Below, one piece after another: positions 26,896 through 38,150 of a stretch of 48,769 bases of DNA. The number at the start of each line of letters is the position of its first letter. Position 1 is the stretch's first letter. Source of the DNA: Catajapyx aquilonaris (lineage: Eukaryota). The notes below the pieces were generated by a model that was not told where the DNA came from, did no database searches, and was given only the letters and a program-made list of their open reading frames with translations. The DNA lies in contig JYFJ02003008.1 in assembly GCA_000934665.2 (NCBI GenBank), positions 1 to 48,769 of the forward strand, given 5' to 3'. The position numbers were made by a program, and so were the translations under genes.

Positions 26896-28563
26896 TCGGA
26901 AAAATTGAATATTCTGCATATGCTCCATTTGAGAGATTGCTACACTGGTGACTGTGGGGGAGAAGAAAGGGTACTAGGGGAAGGAATAAGTAAAGAGGGG
27001 GTAGGGGAGAAGGAATGATGATTTCCATGTGAGGCGTGGCCAATGATGCTGGAAGGTGGGGAAGGATGGGGAATAGGGAAGAGGCGGGGTGGGGAGAGGG
27101 AGCTAGGCCAGGCCAGGCCGTGACTTGGGCGGAAAGAAGGGCCGTGGGGCCGAGTTGGTATGCGCGGCAGATCCGTTACAGGCGCTGCATGAATTGCAGG
27201 AGCGCGGCTGATTGCCGATTATGAAATCAAGCGAAGTATCGTGTTGACACTAGTAATCTGCAGTTGCCTTCCCATTTCACAGTTCGTTGTCATATGCCTA
27301 ATGTTCTAATGCGCTGCCCGAATTAACTGCCGCTCCCCTCGCTCGCTCGCTCGCTCGCTCCGCTCTCCCGCCCGCATTTCGCATGTCAACCTCCCTCGAA
27401 TACTAAATCAGCACCCCCCCCTATCCCTCCCTATCCAACCCTACCCCACCCCTTTTCCAACCCCACCCTCTACTACCACCACTACCACCACCATCACCAC
27501 CAACACACATAACGCGCTTTGCTAATTCGCTTCTATTGTGCCGGATATATCGTATACCCGACGCGTATCGGGCTCCTCTCTTCTCACTCTACACGCTTCG
27601 TCATGCACATCCAGGCACTGCTCGCCGGGACAATCTACAGCCCAGAGCATTGGATAAAAGCACATCTATGCTGCCCCTATGTATCCTTTCCTCATTTTTA
27701 ATTACACTACTTCTCATGCTGGCCATACATCTCTTAAATACATTTTAACAAGTAGTCAAGCATATGAGTTGTGACCTATTTCAGAAAAATATTTGGAAGG
27801 AGCTTTAGCCTCTTTTTTTTTCTCTACAGGGGGTCGTGGCGCAAAGCTGAAATGCTCAAGAAGCGCGGTGGGAGGCGCCTTTGCAACGATCACCTCGTGT
27901 CACTTACATCGTACAAAAACCTGTACTCATTTTCAACTTTTGGTATGTACTAGTACTCCGACATTTTTTTTATATTCTGAAAGAGCAGAGCCAGGAGTGA
28001 AAAGGGATAGGATGGGAAGAGAAAAGATGTGCTTGGCCCATCCACGCAGCCATCAAGCTAATTTGTTTAGGGGCTCGCTGCTCTTCAACACCTGTCACTG
28101 TGTGCCCTGCAAATTAATTTCATCTTCCAGCTTGATCCACTTAACCAGATCAACGCAATCTTATTAATTCCATACGCAGGGATTTCTTTTTTCATTATTC
28201 TACTGTATAGCAAGCGAGCACCTTCCAGCGATTATTTGAGGGACTTCTATTTACTGAAAGTCATTATTAGACATCCCATTATTTTGCAGTCAGAAAATAA
28301 GAAAAAGCAGGATTTATTTTTCTAAAGTTTGTCTTCATAACATAAAAATAGCTCTATGCTAGTAAATCGTGACCAGATGTTTTAAAATACAGCACATAAA
28401 CTGATGCTTAAAATTAATTACATTTGCTCCACATGTCTGGTTTTACCGGTCAAATAACAACTGTATATTATGTCAAAAATGTGTAGTTTTATATTCGGGA
28501 ATGCTTTACATTGAATACCATCTGCTGTGTGTACTGTGCATGAGTGTACTATCCATATCAATG

Positions 28564-28570
28564 AAAAAAA
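28564..28570 (-). terminator. Pol III oligo-T terminator of the tRNA-Lys gene
   Basis: A7 on the + strand (T7 on minus) starting 2 nt after the tRNA 3' end. Confidence 0.85.
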
Positions 28571-28572
28571 GT

Positions 28573-28645
28573 CGCCCGAACAGGGATTTGAACCCTGGAC
28601 CGTTAGGTTAAAAGCCTAACGCTCTACCGACTGAGCTATCCGGGC
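28573..28645 (-). tRNA. tRNA-Lys-TTT: tRNA-Lys, anticodon TTT (73 nt, intronless)
   Basis: Minus strand reads GCCCGGATAGCTCAGTCGGTAGAGCGTTAGGCTTTTAACCTAACGGTCCAGGGTTCAAATCCCTGTTCGGGCG. Acceptor, D (GCTC/GAGC), anticodon (TTAGG/CCTAA, loop CTTTTAA) and T (CAGGG/CCCTG) stems all pair, and the A and B boxes are intact. Confidence 0.97.
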
Positions 28646-30751
28646 TCACATAAACAAACCTCTTCGTAACAATTAGACCACTTTAATTTCAGACTCCAAC
28701 AATACAACCTGGTAAAAACTATCAGGTTTCAGATGATATCAACAAAATAAAATATCTCCAGCTCTATACACTATATTCATCTTTATACGTGACGAGAAGT
28801 CTTAGAGAAGGGGGAAGTGGAGACGACCTCATTGGATTAGTGGGAGGAAAGTTCAGAAATATGACAAACAGTCGTTGGGACGGGAAAATGTTCATATAAT
28901 TGCAGCAGGCTTCTAATTGAGTTTGGCAAAGAAGCAATGTTTTATTGGCGACTTGTGCCTCCGCAGGATGTCCTCATTTGGGCGCTGGATAATGCGGCCT
29001 GATGCGGACTTAGTCTGCCAGTAATGAAATCAATCAAGAATTACTGGAGCCTATTGCAACAAATTAGAAAGAGAAGTCGGCGCCTGGATCCGATTATGAA
29101 GTCGGCGTCGCCGCTAATTTTCTTTCCTTCCTTGTCCAACCTCTCTCATTCAGGATTGTCAACACCTCAAGCACCTCAGAGAGAAGGCTCCTCATTTCTT
29201 CTCTTCGCCTCATCACTGCGACCTCGACTATACGTGGGCTCATGTTGACGCAGGTTGACCAATGTGATTGTGACCTACTGTATTGAATTGCCTATTGCGG
29301 TAATATCTGCAACACCTTTAACTGCTAGTATGATCTGAAGTTAGCTCACATCAGCAGCAACATAATATTAGTAGCGAATACTTTTATAACCCCTGAAGTT
29401 ACTATACGAGAGTAACTGCTTAATAATAAGTAACTTAATGCAAAAATTGCAATAACAATTAGACAACCCTGTGTAATGGTTTTTCACAGGTGGATTTTGC
29501 ACTTTTTATAGTATTACTGTGTATATTATATAGTAGTCTACAGTCCTGGTTGGGTGAAAACATGCCACGCGTATATTGATCCTATTAAAATTTAAAATCC
29601 GTAACCATCGAGAAAAACAGTCCTACAGTATATAACGCAGTAAATTATTTTGAGTCCTTTTGATTTAGTTTCCATTTAATTTGTGTAGTCTAAATGCTAA
29701 TGTCAAAATACAGTGCGCAATGTCCAATATTTCCAACTACAAAATCTCGTTTTAGGCATGTTTATCCGGAAAAATTCCAAAACGTATAGAGCAGTCAAAT
29801 ATGATTCTGAACGCTACGAATCAGACCACATAAACGGTGGCTATTTTACCAGTCAAGTTCAGAGTTGTCATTATACAATTAAAACTGCTCAAGTCATATT
29901 GTTATAAACGAATTAATATCTACTGCAAGTCTGATTATTATTGATAGGCCTACAAAATGTCAACTGAAGTTCACCTCATCACCTCATCACCCACGACATC
30001 GTCCCAGGAAATCCAAGTGTACGGGTAGCCTACTGTACATCCACAGTGTCATGTCCCGATAGATACCCGACCAACCCCCCTCATCCACCCACCCTCCTCC
30101 TTACGTCAACTATACCAAGGCGCCGCGTTTATGTTTCTCCTAGCTGGCTCCTTGTGGCAGCCCAGCTCAACCACTTAGGTTTCTTGCTATGTGACGTGCT
30201 ATCACTCTCTCTATCCCAACCGTATAGTGTTTGATGGGAAGGAAGGAAGAGCTGAAGGAAGGCTGGGGCCGAATGGCTGATCTGTGGTCCCCGGAGCCCA
30301 TCCTTGATGATGAGGAGGCCAGCACTTGGCAGAGGTAGAGAGAGAGAGAGAGAGAGAGAGGGGCTGGCATTAAAGCAAGAGAGGGGAAAAAAGCGAACCC
30401 CAGCCAACTCTCACAGGGCTTTTCCACGAGCAAGCTGGCTAGCTATCTAGCGAGCTGGCTGCTGGGGCTGGGCTGGTTGGCTAGCCGTCACCAGCAAGCA
30501 GCTCGGAGAGGGCTTATCTTGTTTGAATTCCAAACAGAAGCCGCCTCGCAGCCCGCCCAAAAAGGTATTGGTGTTACTTCATTACAACTTGGCCGTGTTT
30601 TGCTAGCAGCCCCCAAAGAGTTTGTTAAAACCCTTCGTCTTGTTTTACTTCCAGATTATCCTCAAGCCGGCGGGCCCGCGGTTTAATTCTAAGCAAAACA
30701 CTCCGCCGCTAAGCGCGCCATGTGAACCGAACCACGTGCATTCCCAATCCT

Positions 30752-30790
30752 CTCCTCCTCCTCCTCCTCCTCCTCCTCCTCCTCCTCCTC
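30752..30790. repeat. (CCT)n microsatellite
   Basis: Uninterrupted CCT run; it produces the poly-Pro in ORF 30622-30921. Confidence 0.95.
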
Positions 30791-31045
30791 TACTCATCCT
30801 ACCTCTCAAGTCTCTTCTGCTCTCATCCCAAACCCCTTGTTCCTCTCATATGCTTACTGCATGCTGTAATGTTAGTATAAGGCTGAAGTTCTTTTTCTGC
30901 GTCTTCAGACATTTTGTATAAACGTCTTAACGAGGAACCTCAGAAATATGGGGTAAGATGCAAATTAAGAAAATTATGTCAAATTATGCATAGTTGTGAT
31001 AATCGCCTTTTATACCACCGGCCCATATTTAAATACCTGTAGCAC

Positions 31046-31677
31046 TTTTTTTACGATACCCCTTTGGGGGGGGGGGGGGTGGAATACCACCGTCTTTCGT
31101 TCAATTTTTCTATTTTCCTCAACCACCGTGCAGGGATGAAAGGATATGTGTAAGGATACGGTAGGCCGGTAGAGATTTCTGGGGGAGGGGACACAGGTGG
31201 ACACCGCCGCCGGTGGACTGGTGGTTAGCGCACTCGCCTCTGGCCCCAAAGTTGTGGGTTCGAACCCGGCCGAGGTCGGTGACTTTTCTCCGGGTGGTAG
31301 AAAAGTGAGAGTGCGCCTTCCTTCGGAGGGGAACTGGGGAAGTGAAGCCGGCGGTCCCGTGTGCTTGTGACATTGCGCGAGTGCACGTTAAAGATCCCCA
31401 GAGTAGCCAAATTTCCAGGAGGAGGACCACCCCCTGGCGTCGGTGTTGAGCCTTGAGGCAGAATTAGGCTGACGTTAAGCCTCACTGATAAAGGTGCAAT
31501 GTCGGAAAAGGGTCATGTGCAGTCCCCCAGGAGGCTAGGTTGCCAAGACGCCGCCTATAGGCGCGGTCCAGACACCCACTGACGCAGGCGAAAGGGAAAT
31601 CCCGGGCGAGCATAGAACCCGGGACCTTCCGCACAGCAAGCCGAGACGTTACCATCTCTGCCACCACGCCTCCTCCC
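31046..31677 (-). mobile_element. tRNA-derived SINE (family A, copy 1), full length, interrupted by a second SINE
   Basis: Minus-strand head GGGAGGAGGCGTGGTGGCAGAGATGGTAACG...GGGTTCTATGC and an oligo-A tail (T run 31046-31052). 12-bp TSD TACCTGTAGCAC at 31034-31045 and 31678-31689. Both halves align to the copy at 35803-36134. Confidence 0.9.
31200..31491 (+). mobile_element. tRNA-derived SINE (family B) with Deu/Nin-like central domain, nested in family A copy
   Basis: A-box GGTGGACTGGTGGTTAG, B-box GGTTCGAACCC, then CCTTCGGAGGGGAA...AAGCCGGCGGTCCCGTGT...GCACGTTAAAGATCCCCAG...AAATT, which I recognise from arthropod Deu/Nin-type SINEs. Flanked by AGGTG at 31195-31199 and 31492-31496. Confidence 0.85.
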
Positions 31678-31701
31678 TACCTGTAGCACATTTGTTTAAT
31701 A

Positions 31702-31921
31702 CATGGTGTTCCAAGTTCGTGAGTAATTTTTCTTATAACTAATATCTCCCGAAGCGGTTATTTTTGTGTAGCTTTTTGTGCCCCTATTCAGGTGCCCTAT
31801 TCTATTGCACTATTGGGAGTAATGGGACAATTGGATCGGGGCACAACAAGCTACACAAAAATAACCAATACGGGCGATATTAGTGATAAAAAGCGACCCG
31901 CACGAACTTGAAACACCCATG
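31702..31921. mobile_element. MITE, same family as 6633-7247 but short form
   Basis: TA|CATGGTGTTCCAAGTTCGTG...TAGCTTTTTGTGCCCC and GGGGCACAACAAGCTA...CACGAACTTGAAACACCCATG|TA are imperfect terminal inverted repeats. Confidence 0.85.
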
Positions 31922-33094
31922 TATAGTCCTTGATAGTACAGCCAGACTTCTAAGAAATTGCCTATAAAATTGGTAAAAAAAACTTACCCCATACAAACAT
32001 TTCATCTGTTTACATCCAGTACTAAGTTCAATTCTGCACCCTCCATTTTGAGATATTTTGTTCGAAGACGCGCATTGTAATATCCAAAATGACAAGTCAT
32101 GCGTGCAAGTTTAGTGGAGCCAGCGAGTAATAACACTATTGGAATGGTGGAAGGTGAGAATGATGACTCCAGGCGATTAGCCAGAAATGAAAGAAGAAAT
32201 GAGGAAAAAAAAAGTATGGCCCAAGCAGCGGTGGCAGTGCCTCTTGATAGCCCCAAGCGATCTAAAATATGGCATGGAAGGTCGTGGTGAAGAGTGAAGT
32301 CGACAGTGTGGGTGGGTGGGTGGATAGATGGATAGATGAAGGAAAGGTTCCTTGCAAAAGAGTGACTCCAAGAAGGAAGGCATCCATCGGAGGCAATTAG
32401 CCTGCATGATGGGCCGCCAGAGCTCGCACTTTAATTATCCCCCTCAAAAGGCGCGGAAAAAATGACAAAGGAAGAAATGTGGAAGAGTCGTGAAGATGAG
32501 TAGAGGTAGAAAAAGGTAGCGCGTGATGTCCACTTCATTTTCCACAAGCCTGGATTCTGTTCATTTCTTTTGTCCAGCAAGCGGCAAGCGTCCTATAGTA
32601 ATCAATCCCAGTCAAGGCGGACAGCAGTAGCCGTACCCGTAGGCATATTACATTTATCCAGTAATATGTAACCGGGCAGGATTATTACAGAAAATTAATA
32701 ACTAACGACACTTTGATGAGGAAACAAAAATTGTCTTACCCTTTACATTGTGGACATGATCAATACCATTCCAGAGATTGTGTCACCCTGTCTGCGTGCT
32801 TGTGTGCGTATTTGAGTGGGTGTGAGCTGGCCTTCCTGTGACTAATCTGCGATCCGATAACATGTGATCGAGTCGCTGGGGTAGGGGGAAAAGCCATTTC
32901 CACTTGGAAGCCAAATTGCAAAAACAAGGATTAAGGCTTGCCTTCCGCACACATTTAGGAGACCAATTGAAATCTGACCCAACTAGGATTATGCCCATTT
33001 CCAACTCAGTTGGCAGCCTCATTTGATCTTCCTTGCCTCCACATAAGCGCCAAACATTTGCATGGTATAAGCAGTTCATTATTTCTCCAGTGCT

Positions 33095-33096
<2 letters not shown>

Positions 33097-33132
<36 letters not shown>
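33097..33132. repeat. (GA)n microsatellite
   Basis: Uninterrupted GA run; a second one lies at about 30337-30360. Confidence 0.95.
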
Positions 33133-33134
<2 letters not shown>

Positions 33135-34544
33135 CCATGTCATGTCATACTGCGCACATTCGTGTCGACCATATAGGATAGTGTAATTGGAAAAGTTACA
33201 GTCGATGCAGTCAAACTCGGTTCGAAATTCTGTTATTCAGTTATATGCCAACCAGCTTGAACTGAGATTATGAAAATTGCTAAATATGTCACCTGAAAAT
33301 GTATTACAGCCACCTTTTCCTTTGTAATGATCATAACAGTGCAAAATTATAACCCTGCCTTGCGCTATGGAAATGAATAAAAACACATGTTAAATTCACA
33401 CTTTAGGAAACTGTAGAAATTCCTCTCCTACTTATTCGCATACTGTATATAATACATATAGTATATTTACAAAAAGGTTGACCGTACTTTACATCTGGTT
33501 AAGCGTGAGCACAGTATTAATTTCACTTATCCCTCGAATGCCTGGCATGATGGCATCGGCATGGCGCGCCACCCCACGGCTTGAGCACTAAATTTTCCGA
33601 GGTGATAATGACATCAAAAGGGTTGGGGCTGACAGACAATCGCTTCATTTGGATGAGGCCACCAAAAGGTCGGGGACAGAGGAGTGGGAGTAGGGGGGGC
33701 CAGAAAATCGTGACTTTGCAGGGGCATATAAAAGCGGTGGTGGTGCGTAGGCTCCATCCCTGTGCTTGCAGGTGGACAATCACACAACAATACATCTGAT
33801 AGCTGACTAGGCGGAGACAAAGTGGCGTGGCATGAAGCAGTCCCCCGCATGCTGAGAATGCGCCACTATTAGTAATATCCAATTACCAGGCTCGCCTTTT
33901 GCCTGTCTCACCCCCTCCAGCAACCGCCGCCACCAGCATCAACCCTTCTTTCAGATGCAGATGAGCTACTCAACCCACATGGAACTTGGGGCATGATGAG
34001 CCAAACCACCCACCCACCCTCTGGTATTACTATTATTATTTATTTCCATTTTCCATGCCTGATGATGATGATGATGGCGGTGATGATGATGTCTGGGGGT
34101 GTGATGAGGATGATGGGCGAGGTGTATACACCTAGGCTTTTCGATGCTGCGACTCCCCGCCGGCCAAAATGAAAGCCAACTCTGGACCCGAGATGGAGCT
34201 CTTAATTAGACCATGATAGATAAAAGAAGGGAGCCTTCCTGCGAGCCCAATGACAAATGGACTTGGAGCCCTCAGGAGTTCCACGCTTCCTGCTGAGACA
34301 ACTCTCGCCTGCATGCTGATGTTTTTTAATCGACTTGCTGCTTGTCTATACTGCAGTCACGGAAAATATTTCATTGCTATTCCCATCTCTTATCCTGTCT
34401 ATCCGTAGTGTGCTCTATTTCAAATGAACAGCTATGTAGATTTATTTGTTATCCCAGTCATCAATTGAGGGGTGTGGTGGAAAAACACGATAACCCAGGT
34501 TTTTGTCATTTTTCACCTAAACACCTAGCAACTAAGTTATGTAA

Positions 34545-34812
34545 TAATTCATACCCCGTTATCAGCCTATCGGCTCTTTAGGGGGGAAGTTTTTTGTGTT
34601 GCCTGGAACTCTTTGCTTTCATTTTACTGCGCTTTTTGGGATAGGATAGGGACGGAAGGAAGCGGCTGTGGCTTATTCATTACAGAAACAACTCCGGAAT
34701 TTTCCTGGAAGGACCGTGGGAGACCACAGAACACCACGGTCAGAGTTGCCGGCCCCGGGATTTGATCCCAGGACCTCCCGATTAGCAGCACCCTACTCCA
34801 AACTGCTTCGGT
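34545..34812 (-). mobile_element. tRNA-derived SINE (family D, copy 1; CORE/Talua-like)
   Basis: + strand GGAAGGAAGCGGCTGTGGC...CCGGCCCCGGGATTTGATCCCAGGACCTCCCGATTAGCAG...CTGCTTCGGT aligns with 41262-41510. Perfect 17-bp TSD GCAACTAAGTTATGTAA at 34528-34544 and 34813-34829. Confidence 0.9.
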
Positions 34813-35802
34813 GCAACTAAGTTATGTAAAAGACATGACAAACATTTTGGTATTCTCAAAGTTCACATATCATCCACGAGACGGCAATACGGACCTGCAT
34901 TCCCTATGATTTGTTAAGAGAATGCATACTCGCTCTCCTGAAAAATGACACCTTTGTGGGTTATCATGTTTTTCCATCACATCCCTCAATTCGCCTTCGT
35001 CATGTCTTGCCGGTAGAATTTGAGAAGGAGCAGCATATGCCATCTACATATTTCCTTTCCAACTTCCAGCACCCATCGAAAGACTATTGCGCTTTAAAAA
35101 GTCCAAAAATTATACTGGCGCGCTCAATTCTGCATATACTGGTACGTAAGATGTATAGCTACACGTACTCGTGAGTGTGGACACGAATTAGCATGACAAG
35201 GAGCAAGCTAGGCTACACGCTATGGGGATGTGGAAGGGACAATTAATCCGCATTCGGGCAATTGGCGCCAAAAAAACCCAGCTGGTCCAACCTTTTGATG
35301 TCATAAACAGTGCAACGGGGCGCGTTTTTGAAGGCTTCCCAAATCCAATGCAAAAAAGCGAAGAAGAACGGTTGGGTTGGACAGGGGGAGTCACACAATC
35401 AGCAGCCATGCATTTATCTATGCCTGGGGAGGGGGGGGGGAGCTGGACAGCAGCAGACCAATGCTAGCCATCAGGCTACCTGCAGTCAATGAGAGGGTGG
35501 AGGTGCACTTGTCCTTTCAAAAGCGCTGGGATTGCCATCGCATTGCCTCCTAACACTTGCAATTAAATGGCCTCGGTATTCCCCTGCAGGACCGAACACT
35601 TCAGTTGCTGCTGATTCCCCGAATGATTGCTGGTACAGTCAACTGTACCGATGGATGTTGGTTCGTTCGTTATATACAGCTATACTGCTATGTATCAATA
35701 GGACCTTGGTGCTAGGCTAGGCAGGATCAAAAGCAAATGTGGTTCTTTTTCAGATGACAAATTTTTCTGGGGGAGGTTCAACCGCACCTTAATAATACTG
35801 TG

Positions 35803-35803
35803 T

Positions 35804-35834
<31 letters not shown>

Positions 35835-36134
35835 CGTTACCCCGTTATAGGACCAGAGGCCCTTATACGCTCGTAGGGGGGGGGGGTGGAATACCACCAT
35901 TTTTCCTTCAATTTTCTTGATTTTTCTTCCAACTCCGGTGCAAGGATGAAAGGACATGGGGGTAAGGATGGGGATTTTTTGGGGAGGGAACATGTGGGTG
36001 TAAGTGCAATGTCTGATATGGGGTCATGTGCTGTTCCTCAGGAGGTTAGGTTGCCAGACACCTCCAAGGTGCAGGTCAGAGACCCTCCTGACGCAGGTGA
36101 AAGGGAACTCCCAGGCGGGGATCGAACCTGGGAC
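35803..36134 (-). mobile_element. tRNA-derived SINE (family A, copy 2), head lost beyond the B-box, (AAAT)n tail
   Basis: Aligns with the two halves of 31046-31677 (GGGTGGAATACCACC...GGATGAAAGGA...GTGCAATGTC...GGGTCATGTGC...TGACGCAGG.GAAAGGGAA). B-box on minus GGTTCGATCCCC. (TTTA)n at 35803-35834. Confidence 0.85.
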
Positions 36135-36602
36135 NGGGGGGGGGACTAAACCTTACCAGAAGCATATAGAATCTTTGAAATGTGAACTTGGCCACTCGAA
36201 GGCGACGCGGGGGTGAACTTGGGTACTTGCCTACTTGGCCACCTGTTTTTAAACCAAAGAATTAGATAAGTGGTTCTGGATAATTATCACGTGTTATATT
36301 TCTTCTGCACGAACATTTAACCGTGCATACTGATTCACTTGCAGTACCCTACTTACATTTACTAGTTCTACCCACCCTGCAGGACTCATGGCCACATCTA
36401 TACTGGAGCAAGAAACCTGACCCGATAATATAATATGTGTTATTGTCCCAAATCATAACATGTGTAGATAGGACTCATACCATATCATCTCCTCATGTCC
36501 AAGAAACATCATAAATTATACACTGTACTCCCAATTATGCGGATTATCCGTGCATCGCCAAAAAATTAAATTTAAAATTAACGTCCGAAAAAATGTGTCG
36601 TA

Positions 36603-36700
36603 TTTTCGTCCCACACTGCTAGATACTGCTAACTTAGCATTACCAGTGCCAACACTCTGGTATACTGCTAAGTTAGCAGTAACTAGCAGTGAGACGAAAA
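36603..36700. repeat. Isolated imperfect hairpin, about 40-bp arms
   Basis: TTTTCGTC..CACTGCTAGATACTGCTAACTTAGCA..ACCAG / CTGGT....TGCTAAGTTAGCAGTAACTAGCAGTG.GACGAAAA. Confidence 0.85.
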
Positions 36701-36840
36701 CATTCCACCCACTGTCAATATATGTCTCGCTAACTAAGAAAATATAACACTTTTTTCTAGAAGAAAAAGTAAAATTCTATATGTAAGTTTTATTATTTTG
36801 ATACAATCAAGCAGCATATACTCTCTATATACGTCGTATA

Positions 36841-36910
36841 CAGTGGTTCCCAACCATTTTCGAGTTGCGACCCCCCTTTTATAATATAGCCAAGTAACCT
36901 GCGACCCCCC
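36841..36910 (+). mobile_element. Left end of a hAT (Charlie-like) non-autonomous element
   Basis: CAGTGGTTCCCAACC...TTGCGACCCCC with a repeated GCGACCCCC is typical of hAT-Charlie ends. No matching right end was found. Confidence 0.55.
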
Positions 36911-37560
36911 ACCCCCACCCCCACATTTACGTAAAGAGGGATTTTATAGGTTAAAAGAAACCTACAAAATATTTTCGTAACAGAATTATTACCTATTTAA
37001 TTGACCCAACGTTTAATGAGATGGTTGCACTTGCATCAGGCATACAACTGCATAATTCGCGGCTGAGTGTTTGTTAATAGTGTTAAAAACCTATAGGGTC
37101 CGGGTGTAGTTTAATTGGTAAATATTACGATTCCCAAGATACTGCTATTGTTATACCTCATGTCGTATGTATAAGTTAATGCTGATTATATTTATATCAA
37201 CTGCCAATAAGAAAGAACAACTATGTGTGTATTGGGTCAAGTTGCTGTTATTTGGGTTGGTAATACACGAAAATATTAGATTGCTTCCATGAGCAATACT
37301 CAATACGGTACTCTTAAAGGGCACACAGAATTTGTAACTATACATAATCTATATAACTTATAGCAACACGCCACTGAGAGTAACAGTTTTAAGTAGCCTA
37401 TTAATAACCTGCTGAAATTAGATACCTTCAGCATTGAAGCAGTGATCCCTTCGGGACATTCCGGAAGATAAAATAATGAGTCACTTGACTCACTTCAGTT
37501 GTGTAACGCAAGTACACTAATAGTGTAGAAATCAACAATTATCCAAATGAAAATAATGCT

Positions 37561-37566
37561 TTTATT
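37561..37566 (-). promoter_or_regulatory. Polyadenylation signal AATAAA of the small minus-strand gene
   Basis: TTTATT on + (AATAAA on minus), about 130 nt past the stop codon, followed by T/GT-rich sequence. Confidence 0.6.
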
Positions 37567-37697
37567 TTAAAGACTCTTAGTAGTGGGACATTGAATTCAT
37601 GCCGCATGCCCCAAACATTAAAATGGATTAACACAATCATGCCCTAACACTCTTTCTGTATATAGGCTATATCTGAGGTTGAGGACCTTTTAATCAA

Positions 37698-38029
37698 TCA
37701 GCCATCTAGCTTATTGTACTTCTTCTTCAGGCAGAGTCGTTCGTGGAGTCGTACTGCGTGAATAGTGCGAAACACGCCTGAGCACCCGCAGGACACCTTG
37801 ATCACTGCATTAGGGTCCAGATCTACGACTACAGCGCCTTGCTTTTCTCCTGAAGTTTTGGCGCCCTCATCACCTTCCAGGAGTATCAACTCGGTGGGTC
37901 CGACTACTTGAGGGACAGAAGACTCAGGGACATCAGCAGCAATAGGCTCTTTACGAGCAGGAGGGTCTTCGTCACACTCCTTGTTCTGCTGCTGGCTGAG
38001 TTCTGAGGAGTGTGGAAGGTTTCCGTCAT
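37698..38029 (-). CDS. Last coding exon of a 144-aa uncharacterised protein: acidic/disordered linker plus CCHC zinc finger (CGCSGVFRTIHAVRLHERLC)
   Basis: Acceptor CTTCCCGCCTTTTTCAG|AT at 38030/38029. Phase 1 matches the upstream donor, and the frame is open for 332 nt to TGA (37700-37698). Peptide (D)DGNLPHSSELSQQQNKECDEDPPARKEPIAADVPESSVPQVVGPTELILLEGDEGAKTSGEKQGAVVVDLDPNAVIKVSCGCSGVFRTIHAVRLHERLCLKKKYNKLDG*. Confidence 0.75.
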
Positions 38030-38150
38030 CTGAAAAAGGCGGGAAGCTCCAACATTATATATATGTCGTAGCCCCATAGCGAAATTGGGCACTTCGTGAT
38101 ATGTCTACTAAAATTGTCCCAGGGTATATTATAGTGATGTTGATTCTTAC

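Noticed and set aside
3287..36135. Single N bases and long G/C runs (near 3287, 23746, 25807, 36135) as G-quadruplex features
   Set aside because: Every N sits beside a G run, pointing to sequencing or polishing uncertainty, so run lengths there are unreliable.
37098..37145. tRNA-like 5' half (GGGTGTAGTTTAATTGGTAAA...TTCCCAA)
   Set aside because: The anticodon stem does not pair, and there is no T-arm or B-box.
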